A stretch of 64,000 nucleotides of DNA from Chloropicon primus (lineage: Eukaryota). Of the stretch, positions 11,663-23,375 are shown piece after piece. The notes beneath the pieces were generated by a model, which saw nothing but the letters and a program-made list of their open reading frames with translations, had not been told where the DNA came from and did no database searches. Made by a program: the position numbers and the translations under genes. The stretch spans positions 496,001 through 560,000 of the forward strand of contig CP060756.1 in the NCBI GenBank assembly GCA_023205875.1, read 5' to 3'. Within the stretch, counting starts at the first letter, position 1, and the number at the start of each line of letters is the position of its first letter.

Positions 11663-12592
11663 CTAGTTCATCGAATCTTTCTGCGGGTTCTCGCGCGGCC
11701 CGGGCCCTCGCTCAGCGCCGCGTGCTGCCACGCCCGGGCTCTGCTGCAGGGTCGCGAGGGTTTCCAGGAGGGCGAGCTGGCTCGGAGCTGCGGGGTAATT
11801 CAGAAAGGCGCTCACGCCCCCCACCTGTGAGACCCCGGCCAGCTGCTGCTGCTGCTGCAGGGTCTGGAGCTGGCACAGGCTCTGGAGATCCTGGAGCTGC
11901 TGGAGCTGCTGGAGCTGCTGGAGCTGCCGGATCTGGTCCTGGTCCGCCTGGTTCTGCTGCAGCAGCTGCTGCTTCACCACGCTGCGCCTGCCGTTGATGT
12001 GGTCCCTCAGCGTGGCGTACGGAATACCCGTCACCTTGGCCAGCCGCCGGATGCTGATCTTCTTCCCGTGCTGCTCGCCCTCGATGTAGAGCTTGTACGC
12101 CCGCTGCATGTCAGCCGGGGAGTACGGCTTGTACCCGAGGCTCCTCTTCTGCTTCCTCTTCTGCTTCTGCTCGACGCCACTCGTGGGGTGCTCGAGCAGC
12201 CCCTTGACCCGAACGCCTTCGGCGGCAGCCTCGTCCTCGCCAAGGGAGCCCGTGCTCCGCGTGTCGCTGTCCCCTGTCGAGTGGGACGGGAGGTCCCTCC
12301 TCTTGGGAGGTCCCTCCAGGCTCGAGGGTCCCGCCACGTCCGCACCAACCGCGAACTTCCACTTCTCCTCCTCAAGGTCGTTGGAGAGCGCATTCATCCA
12401 AAGCTCCCCCTCGGGCTTGAGCCTGGGAACCGTCCACGAGAACTGCGTCGACCTCCCGGAGTCCCCCTCCACGAACACGCCCCCGTCTCCGTCTCCGTCG
12501 CCGTTTTCGGGCCCCCCCACCCCCACCCCATGGTTTGGGGGCTCGCAACCACGGAGCCCGCCCGCCCTCTCCTCCTCCTCCTCCCCACCCAT
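11663..12592 (-). CDS. Psq-type HTH DNA-binding protein with Gln-rich C-terminus
   Basis: YSPADMQRAY...ISIRRLAKVTGIPYATLRDHING is an HTH_psq pattern, followed by polyQ/LQQ repeats. The start codon is uncertain. Confidence 0.75.
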   Translation of the reverse strand: MGGEEEEERAGGLRGCEPPNHGVGVGGPENGDGDGDGGVFVEGDSGRSTQFSWTVPRLKPEGELWMNALSNDLEEEKWKFAVGADVAGPSSLEGPPKRRDLPSHSTGDSDTRSTGSLGEDEAAAEGVRVKGLLEHPTSGVEQKQKRKQKRSLGYKPYSPADMQRAYKLYIEGEQHGKKISIRRLAKVTGIPYATLRDHINGRRSVVKQQLLQQNQADQDQIRQLQQLQQLQQLQDLQSLCQLQTLQQQQQLAGVSQVGGVSAFLNYPAAPSQLALLETLATLQQSPGVAARGAERGPGPRENPQKDSMN

Positions 12593-12892
12593 CACCGCCA
12601 CCGCCACTGCCGGCGAGCAATCCGCCCAACCCGTCGCACACGGCGCACTCGACAACCTCCAACCGGTCGCGCTACTGCCGCCCCAAACCTTCGCGCGCAC
12701 GAACTCAAACGGAAGGAATATCGCGTGCGTCGGTTACACTCTGCCTCGTCGGTTACAGCCTCATGTTAACTTCTCTCAATGAACCTATCAATGAGACGTT
12801 CGATCAGTGCAAATGTGGTGTGTTTTTGGTGTACGATTTCTTTTCATTTCAGAACCCTAAAAGGACGAGAAGCGCGAGTGAGGGCGATCATC

Positions 12893-15369
12893 ATGGCGGA
12901 CTTCAGCGAGCTGGAGGCGAGGGAGGGCGTGAGGCTGAGCTGGAATGTGTGGCCCAACACGAAGCTTGAGGCAACCAAGTGCGTCCTGCCCTTTGCGGCG
13001 CTCGTGACGCCGTGCAAGAAGCTCCAGGACAACCCGGTACGTGCATGGGAAGCACCTTCGACTTGCCCTCGTTTCCTTCCCCTTCCCCATCCTCCTCCTC
13101 ATCCCCGTTTCTTCTTCTTCTTCTTCTTCTGACGCTGACTCTTTTTCGTTCTCTCGCATTCTCGTTGACGACGCACTCCTCGCTCGGCTCGTCCTCGCTC
13201 GTCCGTCGCACGCAGTCCGTGCCCTACCAGCCGGTGCCGTGCAGGAGCTGCGGCTCGGTGCTGAACCCTTTCGCCCGGGTGGACTTCCCCGGGAAGCTTT
13301 GGGTGTGCCCGTTCTGCTACACGAGGAACCAGTTCCCGCCGCACTACAACGCGATATCGGAGTCGAACCTCCCCGCGGAGCTGTTTCCCAACTACAGCGC
13401 GATCGACTACACGATCCCCAAGCCCGGGGGAGCCCAGCCCCCGGCGTACATCTTCGTCGTGGACACTTGCGTGAGCGAGGACGAGCTCGACACGTGCAAG
13501 GGGGCCCTCCTGCAGGCCCTCGGGCTTCTACCGGAGAACTCCCTCGTGGGACTCATCACGTACGGCACCCACGTCCAGGTCCACGAGATCGGGTTCACAG
13601 AGTGCGCCAAGAGCTGGGTCTTTCAGGGCTCCAAGGAGTGCGACCCAAGGAAGGTCGCGCACCAGCTCGGCCTGAACCGAACGGGCCCGGGGCAGCAGCA
13701 GAGGGGCCAGGCCGGAGCCGCTCAGGCCCAGCCGGGCTTGGGCCGCTTCCTCCTTCCGCTCTCGGAGGGAGAGTTCGTGCTCTCTGACCTCCTCGAGAAC
13801 CTCCACGTGGACGCCTTCCAGGCTCCCATGAACAAGAGGCCGGCGAGGTGCACGGGAACGGCCCTGCAGGTGGCCACCGCCCTCGCGGCGGCCTGCTTGA
13901 CGCCCGGAGGCAGCGCGATGAGAATCATGCTTTTCGTGGGAGGCCCGGCCACGATCGGAAGCGGCTCGGTCGTGCAGAGGGAGAAGACGGAGGCCATCCG
14001 CTCCCACAAGGACCTCGTCAAGGACCAGGCGCCTTTCTTCCAGAAGGCCACCCAGTTTTACGAGAGCCTGGCGCACCAGCTCGTGCTTCAGGGGCACACC
14101 CTGGACGTCTTCGCCTGCGCCCTGGACCAGGTGGGCCTGGCCGAGATGAAGCCAGCCATCGAGAGGACGGGAGGCATGGTGGCCCTCGCGGAGAGCTACC
14201 ACCACCAGACCTTCAAGGACAGCTTGAGGCAGATCTTCTTGAAGGACGAGGAGGGCCTGAACATCTGTTCCCACGGCACCGTGGAGGTCTTCTGCTCCAA
14301 GGACATCAAAGTCAGCGGGTGCGTTGGGCCCTGCGCCCCCCTGGACAAGAAGTCCCCCCTCGTCTCGGAGAACTCCGTGGGGATGGGAGGAACGACAGTG
14401 TGGAGGCTCTGCTCGCTGAGCCAGTCGACGACCCTGTGCGTGTTCTTCGACATCGTGGGCAACAAGGAGGGTCCCCAGGCCCCAGGAGGGAACATGATGT
14501 CCTCCCAGCAATTCTTTCTGCAGTTCCAAGTCAAGTACACGACCTTGCAAGGCGAGGCGAAGATGAGGGTGATCACCCTGACGAGGCACTGGGTGGACGG
14601 AGGGAACGTCCAGGACCTTCTCGCGGGATTCGACCAGGAAGCGTCCGCTGTCATCATGGCGCGGTTGCTGTCGAGCAAGATGGAGGCAGAGGAGGAGTTC
14701 AACGCCACGAGGTGGCTCGATAGGACGCTCATCCGCATGTGCTCCAGATTCGGAGACTACAGGCCAGAGGACCCGACGAGCTTCCAGCTGAGCCCGCAGA
14801 TGAGCATCTACCCCCAGTTCATGTTCAACCTCAGGAGGAGTCAGTTCGTCCAGGTCTTCAACAACTCCCCTGACGAGACTGCGTACTTCAGGATGATCCT
14901 GTGCTGCGAGGACGCCTTCAACTCACTGGTCATGATCCAGCCGACGTTGACCTCGTATTCCTTTAACGGCCCGCCGGAGCCAGCTCTCCTGGACGTGGCC
15001 TCGATAACGGCGGACAGCATTTTGCTCCTAGACGCTTTCTTCCAAGTCGTTGTGTTCCACGGGTCTACGATAGCCCAGTGGCGAAAAGCAAAGTACCAGG
15101 ACCGTCCAGAGCATGCTGCCTTTGCGCAGCTGCTGAAGACCCCTATGGAGGACGCCACGGAGATTATCAAGGGTCGCTTCCCGGTTCCAAGGCTAGTAGA
15201 CTGCGACCAGCACGGGAGTCAGGCGAGGTTCCTATTAGCAAAACTCAATCCAAGTTCCACTTACAATAGCAGCATGCAAGGGTCGGGAAGTGAGGTCATC
15301 ATGACAGATGATGTAAGCTTGCAAGTATTCATGGATCATCTCCGAAAGCTGGCCGTGCAGCCATCCTAA
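12893..15369 (+). CDS. SEC23: COPII coat protein SEC23; exons 12893-13036, 13216-15369
   Basis: EGVRLSWNVWP, zinc finger C..C..VLNPF...W.CPFC, vWA domain FVVDTC and GSQARFLLAKLNPS...TDDVSLQVFMDHL. Confidence 0.97.
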
Positions 15370-15622
15370 AACCACTATATCAATACCAATTTAACCACCC
15401 ATTTATTTCATTTTTCAAACAATAAAAAAAATTAAAAAGAAAGAAAGGACCCCGCCCTGCCCCCCTCCAGTGGAACTGATCCGTCCCCCCGCTCTCCCCT
15501 CCCCCTGGAATGGACCCCAATCCTTCCCTTCCCTCCCTGCTTCCCCCGTTGGCAACCGTTTGAACTCCGTTTCATTCCTTGAGAACTTTCGTAAGGCCTC
15601 CTCCGCTCGTAGCACAAAGACC

Positions 15623-18493
15623 ATGGCGTCGTCGGACGAAGACATGGGTGAGGTCCAGCCCCCTCCCGGAGGGAGCGGCGTCCCGGTGCTGCAGCGTCTT
15701 CGGGCCCTGTCGTACGGCTCGAAAGGCCAGTTCAATGGCAACAACGGAGGCGCGAAAGAGACTGAGCCCCATCGTGCGATTGAGGCAGCTGCTGCCATAC
15801 TAGCCTCGGGTCCAAAGGAAGTGACAGACGAGGACGAGAGCAGTGATGGGGGAGGGGCGCAGAGGGGGTTCCCTGCGACGTACGACGCGAAAGGCGACGA
15901 CTTTGAGGCCAAGTACTACAGCTTGCAAAACAAATACCTCGATGTTCAGAAGAAACTCCTGTCCATTCAAAAGGAAAACGATGGTCATAGCGAGGAGAGC
16001 TTCAAGGAGATTGAGAAGCTGCAGTTCGAGAGCCAGAAGCAGAAGGTCGAGCTGCACAAGACGAGGAAAGAGAACGAGAGGCTCCACACCGAGTTGGCGG
16101 ACGCCCAGAACGCTTTGAGGCAAAAGAACCGAGAAATATCGAAGCTCAAGGACGACCTCATTGAGAGTGGAGCCCTTGCCATGCAGAGCAGGGGGAACTA
16201 CCCGGCCCTTCCTGCCCCGGCCCAGCACGCGGAGTCGCCAAAGGGCGGCGCTAGCCCGGACCCTGGCGCGAGTGCGATGCTGAAGGAGAAGCTGGGAGAG
16301 GCTCAGAAGGAGCTCGCTTCGATAAAGCAGAAAAGCATGCAGCAGGACTTGAAGGTGAAGAACCTCGAGAACGAGCTCAAGCACAAGACCTTGGACAGCG
16401 AGGCCAAAACGAAGAGGCAAAACGACCTCCTCAGCGAAGTCCAGGACTTGAGGATGAGCAATGTCCAGAAGAAGAAAGAGGTCGACGTTCTGGAAAGGGA
16501 GATTGAGATGATGCTCTCCGAGAAGTGGAACTCCCAGCACTACACCGGAAAGAAGCAGACTGACTTCGACGCGCCATCCGAAGGCGTGAGGTTCCACAGG
16601 CTCAACGAGACCATCAAGGCGTGCAAGGAGGAGGGTTCCCTTCTTCGAGCGCAGCTGAAGGAAAAGGAGAGGGAGATGGCAACTCTGTCAGCGGCTTTGA
16701 GTGACACGAGAAGAATGGCTAAGGTCACTGAGGATGTCCTGAAGAAGAAGATTGCGCAGCTCAAGACCGGGGAGTTCCAAACGAGCGAGGAGGTCAAAAA
16801 GGTGGAGCTGTCCCTAAGGAGGAGCGTCGATGGCCTTGTCAAGGCCTTGGAAGAGCAGGAGGACAAGACCGAACAACTGGAAACGGAACTGAAGAGCACA
16901 AGTTCTGTGCTGGAAGCCGTGGACAAGCTGGATGAGATCATGAAGAAGTACCAGAAGAGCCCCGAGAGGGTCGAAGAGATCGAGCCCCAGCAGGGAGGTT
17001 CTCGCCCCTATCGAGTGGGAGAGATGATGTACCTCCCGAGCTCCGCCAGACCAACTGCAGAGAAACCATCGGAGATGGCGCTTGCCCTCAGCAGGCGAAA
17101 CATCAAGAAGAGCCGGAGGAAAACGATCATACCCGTGCTTGCCCGGCTCCCTGGGGCAGCCAGCAGCCCGGGCAGAGACATCACTACCGACCAGAAGTTC
17201 GAAGTTCTTGTGGCCATTCAGCAAATTCCGTTTTTGAAGGCCATGGACACGTCACTGCAAAGGGAGCTGGCTGAGGAGGCCCGGCTCACGCAGTGTTGTG
17301 CGGGCGAAACGCTGATCAAGCAGGGTGAGACGGGAAGCGAGGCTTTCATTCTTTTGGAAGGCCTTTTGGAAGTCTTCACGACAATAGAGGAGCAGGAAGA
17401 AGTGCTCAAGGTTGTGAAACCAGGCGCAATCATTGGCGAGATTGCTTTGCTGAAGAAAGAACCTCGCAACACGAGCGTGAGGTCGATCACAGACTCCCGA
17501 CTTTTCGTGCTCCAAAAGCAGAGCCTGGATGCCATCCTCGCCACTCACCCCGAGTACAGAGGTGGCTTGGAAGAACTCGCGAGTCAGAGGCAGAAAGAGA
17601 ACCAGGACGTGCTCAAGTACAAGTACGCCCTCAGCACCAACCTGGCCGCGAAGGAGGACCTCAAGTCGGCTATCCTTGAGGACATTATCACGGAGCCCGC
17701 GACGAAGAAGGTGGAAGCAAAGCAGGAAACCGCGACGCCCAGCCAGGAGAAGTCACAAAGGGAGGGGAAGCTGTTCCTGAAGGAGAGACTTGCGATTCTC
17801 AGGGCGTGCGAGGCGACCCTGAAAGATCTGTACGATTCCAAGGAGGAGCTTCTGGGCAAGATATCAGAACTGGACAAGGCTTCTGTGGACAAAGTGAATG
17901 CGGTGATCTCCCGCGAAGATGCCTTGAAGGAAGACCTGAAGAATGTCAACGCGGAGATTTCTGACATCAAGAACGAACTCTTCGCGACTTGCAAGGAATT
18001 GGAGGACAGGGAGGACGAGCTGTGCGTGAAGGAGGATGAGCTCGAGGCTCTCAAGGGAGACCTGGAGACCATCAAGGCAAAGAAAAGGGAGGAGGAGGAA
18101 AAGGTCAAGAAAGAGCAGGAGGACATGCTTGAACTGAAAAGGAAATATGACATGGCCGCCAAAGCTGAGACGGACATTATAGAGCGAACACAAAAGCTTT
18201 GGTCGACGATCAACAGCAAGCAGAGGCTCGATGAGGTGGCGTACCAGCAGAAGAAGCGAGATGCGCAACTCCTCCAGAAGCTCAAGTGCACCAAGGAGGA
18301 GCTGACCAGCTTCCAGGACAATCTCGTATTCCTGGACGGCAAGACCATCCCCCCAAGCAATAACTTCAACATAGTCGTGACTCCGAAGAAGGCCTCCGCA
18401 GGGGATCCAACGTTCTTTGAGCAGTCCGGTGAGAGCGACAGGCATCTCAACAACCTCAGGATGATTGACGACTTGATCGATCAAATAAAATGA
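15623..18493 (+). CDS. Long coiled-coil protein with a single cyclic-nucleotide-binding domain
   Basis: IPFLK...LIKQGETGSEAFILLEG...GEIALL..EPRNTSV is a cNMP phosphate-binding cassette, flanked by heptad-rich helices. Confidence 0.85.
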   Translation: MASSDEDMGEVQPPPGGSGVPVLQRLRALSYGSKGQFNGNNGGAKETEPHRAIEAAAAILASGPKEVTDEDESSDGGGAQRGFPATYDAKGDDFEAKYYSLQNKYLDVQKKLLSIQKENDGHSEESFKEIEKLQFESQKQKVELHKTRKENERLHTELADAQNALRQKNREISKLKDDLIESGALAMQSRGNYPALPAPAQHAESPKGGASPDPGASAMLKEKLGEAQKELASIKQKSMQQDLKVKNLENELKHKTLDSEAKTKRQNDLLSEVQDLRMSNVQKKKEVDVLEREIEMMLSEKWNSQHYTGKKQTDFDAPSEGVRFHRLNETIKACKEEGSLLRAQLKEKEREMATLSAALSDTRRMAKVTEDVLKKKIAQLKTGEFQTSEEVKKVELSLRRSVDGLVKALEEQEDKTEQLETELKSTSSVLEAVDKLDEIMKKYQKSPERVEEIEPQQGGSRPYRVGEMMYLPSSARPTAEKPSEMALALSRRNIKKSRRKTIIPVLARLPGAASSPGRDITTDQKFEVLVAIQQIPFLKAMDTSLQRELAEEARLTQCCAGETLIKQGETGSEAFILLEGLLEVFTTIEEQEEVLKVVKPGAIIGEIALLKKEPRNTSVRSITDSRLFVLQKQSLDAILATHPEYRGGLEELASQRQKENQDVLKYKYALSTNLAAKEDLKSAILEDIITEPATKKVEAKQETATPSQEKSQREGKLFLKERLAILRACEATLKDLYDSKEELLGKISELDKASVDKVNAVISREDALKEDLKNVNAEISDIKNELFATCKELEDREDELCVKEDELEALKGDLETIKAKKREEEEKVKKEQEDMLELKRKYDMAAKAETDIIERTQKLWSTINSKQRLDEVAYQQKKRDAQLLQKLKCTKEELTSFQDNLVFLDGKTIPPSNNFNIVVTPKKASAGDPTFFEQSGESDRHLNNLRMIDDLIDQIK

Positions 18494-18564
18494 TGATATA
18501 CTGATACTTATACAATAGTGTAGTTAATACTTAGCAAACAAGTTTCTCACGAGCGTTTCAAAGG

Positions 18565-19666
18565 TCAGAAAAACCTTGCCCTGAATCCTCCCAAGAGGCA
18601 CTTGCTCTCGTACACCTCAGAAGCCTTCCCGAGCTCCTTCTTCAGGTTGGAAACTCTTGTTTCCGAGTGTGGATGCGTGGACAAGAACTCGGGCATCGCG
18701 TTACCCTCTCCGGACAGCCTGGACATCGCCTTTGGGCCGTTTTGGGGGGCGAAGCATGCCCTCGCCATCAACTGCAGCCCTATTGCGTCAGCCTCGTTCT
18801 CGCACTGGCGGGAGTAAGGCAGCTGAAGGCCCAAGATCAGGGGGGTCGAGACAAAGTCTGCGCCGAGGGCCAGAGAGGCCAGCGCCGCAAGGACCGTGGA
18901 AGTCATCTGCTGCGTGATCTTCTCCGCGTTATGCCTTGCGACTGTGTGGGCGATCTCGTGAGCGAGGACCATGGCAAGCTCCTCCTTGCTCTTGAGGACA
19001 CCGAAGAGGCCCGTGTACACAACCACCTTGCCCCCTGGCAAAACGAACGCGTTTACCTCTGGCGAGTCCACAAGGTTGAACTCCCACTTGAGCTTCTTCA
19101 TGTGATCCACCTTGCCACCCCAGTCCGAGAGGTCTTCCGCCTCCTTGGCAATCTTCGAGCCTATCCCCTTGACCAGCCTCGTCAGCTTGTGCCCCTGCGG
19201 CAGCAGCTTTCCCGCCTTCCGCTGTTGTGCGAGGAGATCCTGGTACATCTTGGAACCTGAGCAACACACAGCAAAGTCAAGAAGGAAGGTTGCGAGGAGT
19301 CAGACCTGACTTCACTCTGGTCGAGTCGAAAGATGTTCACTTACCCAGCGCCCGCTCTTGATCCGGAGATATCAGCACAAAGTGCCTTCGATTCGTGTAC
19401 GGAATCGTCTCCAGGTGTGACACGTACGTCGTCGCCCCGCCCACGACCACCGCGCCGCCGACCAGGTAACCAAACGCCCCCCCTCCTCTCCCCCCCCCTG
19501 CCCCTCGACCGGGTATCGGCAGCTCGCCCCTTTTCCCAAAGTGCGTGTACCCGCTCGAGTCCGTGTACTTGGTCCTCAACCCTAACAGTCGACCAAGGGG
19601 CGTGCTTCTTCCTGGCACCGCCCTTGGCCCCGCCAGCACGGACACGACACCCTCCAACCACTTCAT
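18565..19666 (-). CDS. OMA1: Mitochondrial metallopeptidase OMA1 (M48); intron 19257-19344
   Basis: LET.PYT.R.HF, NAFVLPGGKVVVYTG, LAHEIAH (HEXXH), E.EAD.IG and FLSTHP. A GTAAGT...CAG intron gives ERALG|SK in frame. Confidence 0.92.
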
Positions 19667-19962
19667 CCTTCCTTCCTCTGTCTCTCGCTCGCGTCAAACC
19701 TTCTTCGCCGCCAGTGCGCCGTTCCTCTCGAGCGAGGGCTCTTTCGAAAGACGACGGCGAGGCGGTGCTGCCGGTTCCATCAACCCAACCAACGCCTCCT
19801 CCTCCACGCCCTCGCCGATCGATCGAAGCGCGACGCCCCAACCTCACCTCCGCGATCGCGATCGGTTTGGACGACAGGCTGAAGAAGCTGGAGAGGAGAG
19901 GTGGGAGTTTTGATCGCCGATCGATCGATCGGGATAGTTTTGAGCTGGAGTGGGAGGGAAAG

Positions 19963-20976
19963 ATGGGTCTTGGGGCGTCGGTGTTGTTCCTCGTGGGAGC
20001 GCTGAACGCGTTCCTCATTGTTCTGGCGGTGATGAATGCGAAACCTGCGCGGAGAGTGTTGTCCATGCAGAAGAAGTGGGCGACTTCTGTGTTGTACATG
20101 ATACAGTCCAAGGACAAGGTGAAGGCGAAGAACTTGCCTTGCTCGAGCAAGACCAATCTTGAGGATCCCAAGCTGAAGCGCAAGACGTTGGTGTTCGTGA
20201 GGCATGGAGAGTCCGTGTGGAATGAGGTGTTCAACAGGGGGAAGGGCCCGGGTTTCTTGTACAGGCTCGTGTTGAGCTTCTTTCGCGAGCTGTACCAGCT
20301 CACGTTCGAGGACTCCGTCATGATTGACTCGCCCCTTTCCAGCGTGGGCGAAGCGCAGGGCAAGGACCTGCACCAGTTCATGCAGCAGGACAAGCTCGGG
20401 ACGGTCATGTACAACCTGAAGAGGGCCGAGGACATCTTTCACAAAATCAAGAGCGGGGACAAGGACTGCAAGTTGGTCGCGTCCAACCTCCGGAGGTCGA
20501 TGGCGACTGCTGCGATCGGCTTCAGCTCGAGAATCGGCAAGACGAACGAGAAGATCCAGATCGTGCCGTATCTGCAAGAGATCACGAGGAACGTGGACGC
20601 CGTCTCCTTGGCAGGCAAGGGGGAGGTGCAAGCCAACCTCGGCGGGTCGCTCGGCGGCGTGGACACGGAGCAGCTCTTCGACCCCCGGATCAACACGGGG
20701 TCGAAGCCGGTGTCCTTGACGGGCTCCAAGAGGATCGAGCTCTTCGCCCAGTGGCTCTTCAACCAGAAGGAGGACATCGTCGTCGCCGCGGGGCACAGCC
20801 TGTACTTCAAGAGCTTCCTCATCATGTACCTGCCGAAGACTTTTGACCACGTCTGCAAGAAGAAGAAGATGCGAAACTCGGCCGTCATCACCTTCGACAT
20901 TGTGCAGGACGCCTCGGGCTCCGTCATGATCCTCCCGGACTCCCTGACAACCCTCTACCTCGGCTACTGCAAGTAA
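19963..20976 (+). CDS. Histidine phosphatase (PGAM) superfamily protein with N-terminal TM anchor
   Basis: LVFVRHGES, SNLRRSMAT and AAGHS motifs, with a hydrophobic N-terminus. Confidence 0.85.
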   Translation: MGLGASVLFLVGALNAFLIVLAVMNAKPARRVLSMQKKWATSVLYMIQSKDKVKAKNLPCSSKTNLEDPKLKRKTLVFVRHGESVWNEVFNRGKGPGFLYRLVLSFFRELYQLTFEDSVMIDSPLSSVGEAQGKDLHQFMQQDKLGTVMYNLKRAEDIFHKIKSGDKDCKLVASNLRRSMATAAIGFSSRIGKTNEKIQIVPYLQEITRNVDAVSLAGKGEVQANLGGSLGGVDTEQLFDPRINTGSKPVSLTGSKRIELFAQWLFNQKEDIVVAAGHSLYFKSFLIMYLPKTFDHVCKKKKMRNSAVITFDIVQDASGSVMILPDSLTTLYLGYCK

Positions 20977-21206
20977 AATAAAAAATAATGAAAACTTGTA
21001 ACGTCGTAAGCCCCCGGGTTTGGCCGCCCGCCTCCATAACGGCTGATGTGCTCGAGAAAAGGGCAGGGATCCCAAGGACAAGAAAGGCAAGAGCCCCAGC
21101 TGCCACACGATTATTTGGAGTCCCTCCCTCTTATCCAGAACCTCTCGAGGCGGCACGTCCCGAAGGACTCGAAGACGAAGACGCCGGAGAGAAGAGGAGG
21201 GAGGCC

Positions 21207-23267
21207 ATGTCCGCGAGAGCAGCGCCCATCGGGGCGAGGTTGTCGTGCGATTACGATGCCATTAAGGGCGTGGCGAACCGCGCGGCGGCGCCCTTGATGA
21301 AGGTAAGTTCTCACTTTTCCTCTCTCTTGGCAACTGCTGCTGACTCCCTCGCCCTCGCCCTCGCTCTCCTCCCTCCTCCAGTTGCACATCCCCAAGCTGC
21401 CGAAGAAGCTTGAGAACTTGCTGGAGGACGACTCGGAGATCTCCGAAAAGAGTCTGCTGACCCAGGACATCCTGACAACGGGGACGAAAGGTGAGAGAAC
21501 TTTTGGTGCCCCTCGCACCCTTTGGTCACGCGAAATTTTCACGCGCGCCTGACACGAGCTCGTCCTCCCCATGCGCTCCTCCCCATGCGCCCAGTGGTCG
21601 CGACGATTGGCCCGGCTTGCCAGGACGTGGACACCATCTGCCAGATGATCAAGAACGGCATGTCGTGCGCCCGGCTGGACCTCACGAACGGCGACGTCGA
21701 GTTCCACGCCAGGACGATCAAGAACGTGATGCAGGCGTCCATGAAGGTCCAGCAGATGGTGGCGATCATGGTGGACACCGCGGGGCCCGAGATCTTTGTC
21801 AAGTCGGGAGACCCCGAGACGTACGAGAACGGGTGGCCCAAGTGGGGGAAAGCTACGAGCGTGAAGATGGGCCAGACCGTCACCATCACCGATTTGAAGA
21901 CCGCCAAGTTCTCCGCGCAGAGGTGGCCCGTGACTTACGAGCACTTTGCGAAGCAGTGCAAGGTGGGCGACCACATTACGGTCGGCCGTTACCTTTCGAC
22001 GGGGATGGAGGGAACCTCCGTGACCCTTGAGGTCACCCAAATTATCGACGACCACGACGTCCAGTGCGTCGCGATGAACGACGCGGAACTCAATGGCCTG
22101 ATCACGCTCTTCATCAAGGGCTGCTCGAGCTTCGCCGACCTCGTGCTGGAAAGGGACGAGGAGACGAAGAGCCTGCCCATCATGACTGCCCGGGACTTGG
22201 AAATATTGAAAGTGCTTTCTCAGATCAAGTACCAAGGGTCCGACTACATCGACTTCCTGTCGCTGTCCTACTGCAGCAACAAGGAGCAGATCATCGAGGC
22301 GCGCCAGACGCTTGACACGCTCGGCTTGTCGAACGCAAAAATTTTGGCCAAAGTCGAGAGCAGGAAAGCCTTGTCGAACTTTGAGAGCATCCTCAACGCC
22401 GCGGATGGAATGATCATCTCGAGAGGAAACTTGGGAATCGACGTCGACGTGGAGATGTTCCCCATGATTCAGAAGGCCTTGGTCCAGGCCTGCAACGCGG
22501 CTGGAAAGCCGGTCCTGACGACGAGGGTGGTCGATTCCATGACGAGCTCCCCCCGCCCGACCAGGGCGGAGGCCACGGACATCTCCAACGCCGTCATCGA
22601 CGGTGTCGACGGGATCATTCTTGGCGCGGAGACTCTGAGGGGCCTGTTCCCTGTGCTGTGCGTCAAGACCGTCCTCCTGTGCGCGAAGCAGGCGGAGACC
22701 ATCTTCGACAACAACCAGCACTTCAACAGCGTGCTGAAAAGAACCGCTTTTCTCTCGCAGCTGGAATCCATGGCCTCGTCCACTGTGAGAGTTGCGGACA
22801 AGATCCAAGCGGCCCTCATCGTGGTTGTGACGGGGTCGGGCAGGACGGCTCGTTTTGTCGCAAAATACCGTCCCGATGTCCCCGTCATCGCTTTGACGGT
22901 CCCCAGAATAAGGGCGGATGCATCCAATAGATGGCACTACAGCGGAAGGCACCAGGCGAGGCAGAGCATGCTCGTGCGCGGGCTCTATCCGATGCTCGCG
23001 ATGGGCACCACGGACGAAGGCGGAATTCTTGAGGATTGCGTGGAGAGAGCTGCGCTCCTCGGCATCGCCAGGCCCAGCGAGAACATCGTAATCCTTTACA
23101 ATCCTCCCGGGAGCGAGGTTCCCGTGATCAAGCTGGTTGCGATGGACAAATTCGGAAAGAGAATGGACCAGAGAATCCAGTCGATGCTCGACGTCACCGC
23201 GGCGTCAGGGAGGCTAGGAGGCTCAAGTGGATCCGAATCAAGCCTGGAAGGAGGTCAGTTTCCTTAA
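21207..23267 (+). CDS. PK: Cytosolic pyruvate kinase (plant RGNLG-type subgroup); exons 21207-21302, 21382-21490, 21595-23267
   Basis: Splicing restores TKVVATIGP. Also MVDTAGPEI, AKVES, SRGNLGID, TRVVDSM, PRPTRAEATDISNAV and GAET. Confidence 0.92.
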
Positions 23268-23375
23268 AAAAACCTTTTCCTAAAAAAGAAAAGACACTCC
23301 TTTTTTTGTGGAATTAAAAATTACTCTCCTTCTTTCAACTAAGTCAACAGGTCTTGGGGGGGGGGGGCATAATAT

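Noticed and set aside
21595..22620. Pyruvate kinase pseudo-enzyme (ARLDLTNG, RGNLG and TRVVDS instead of NFSHG, RGDLG and TQMLES)
   Set aside because: These variants largely match the known plant cytosolic PK subgroup, so they are not novel.
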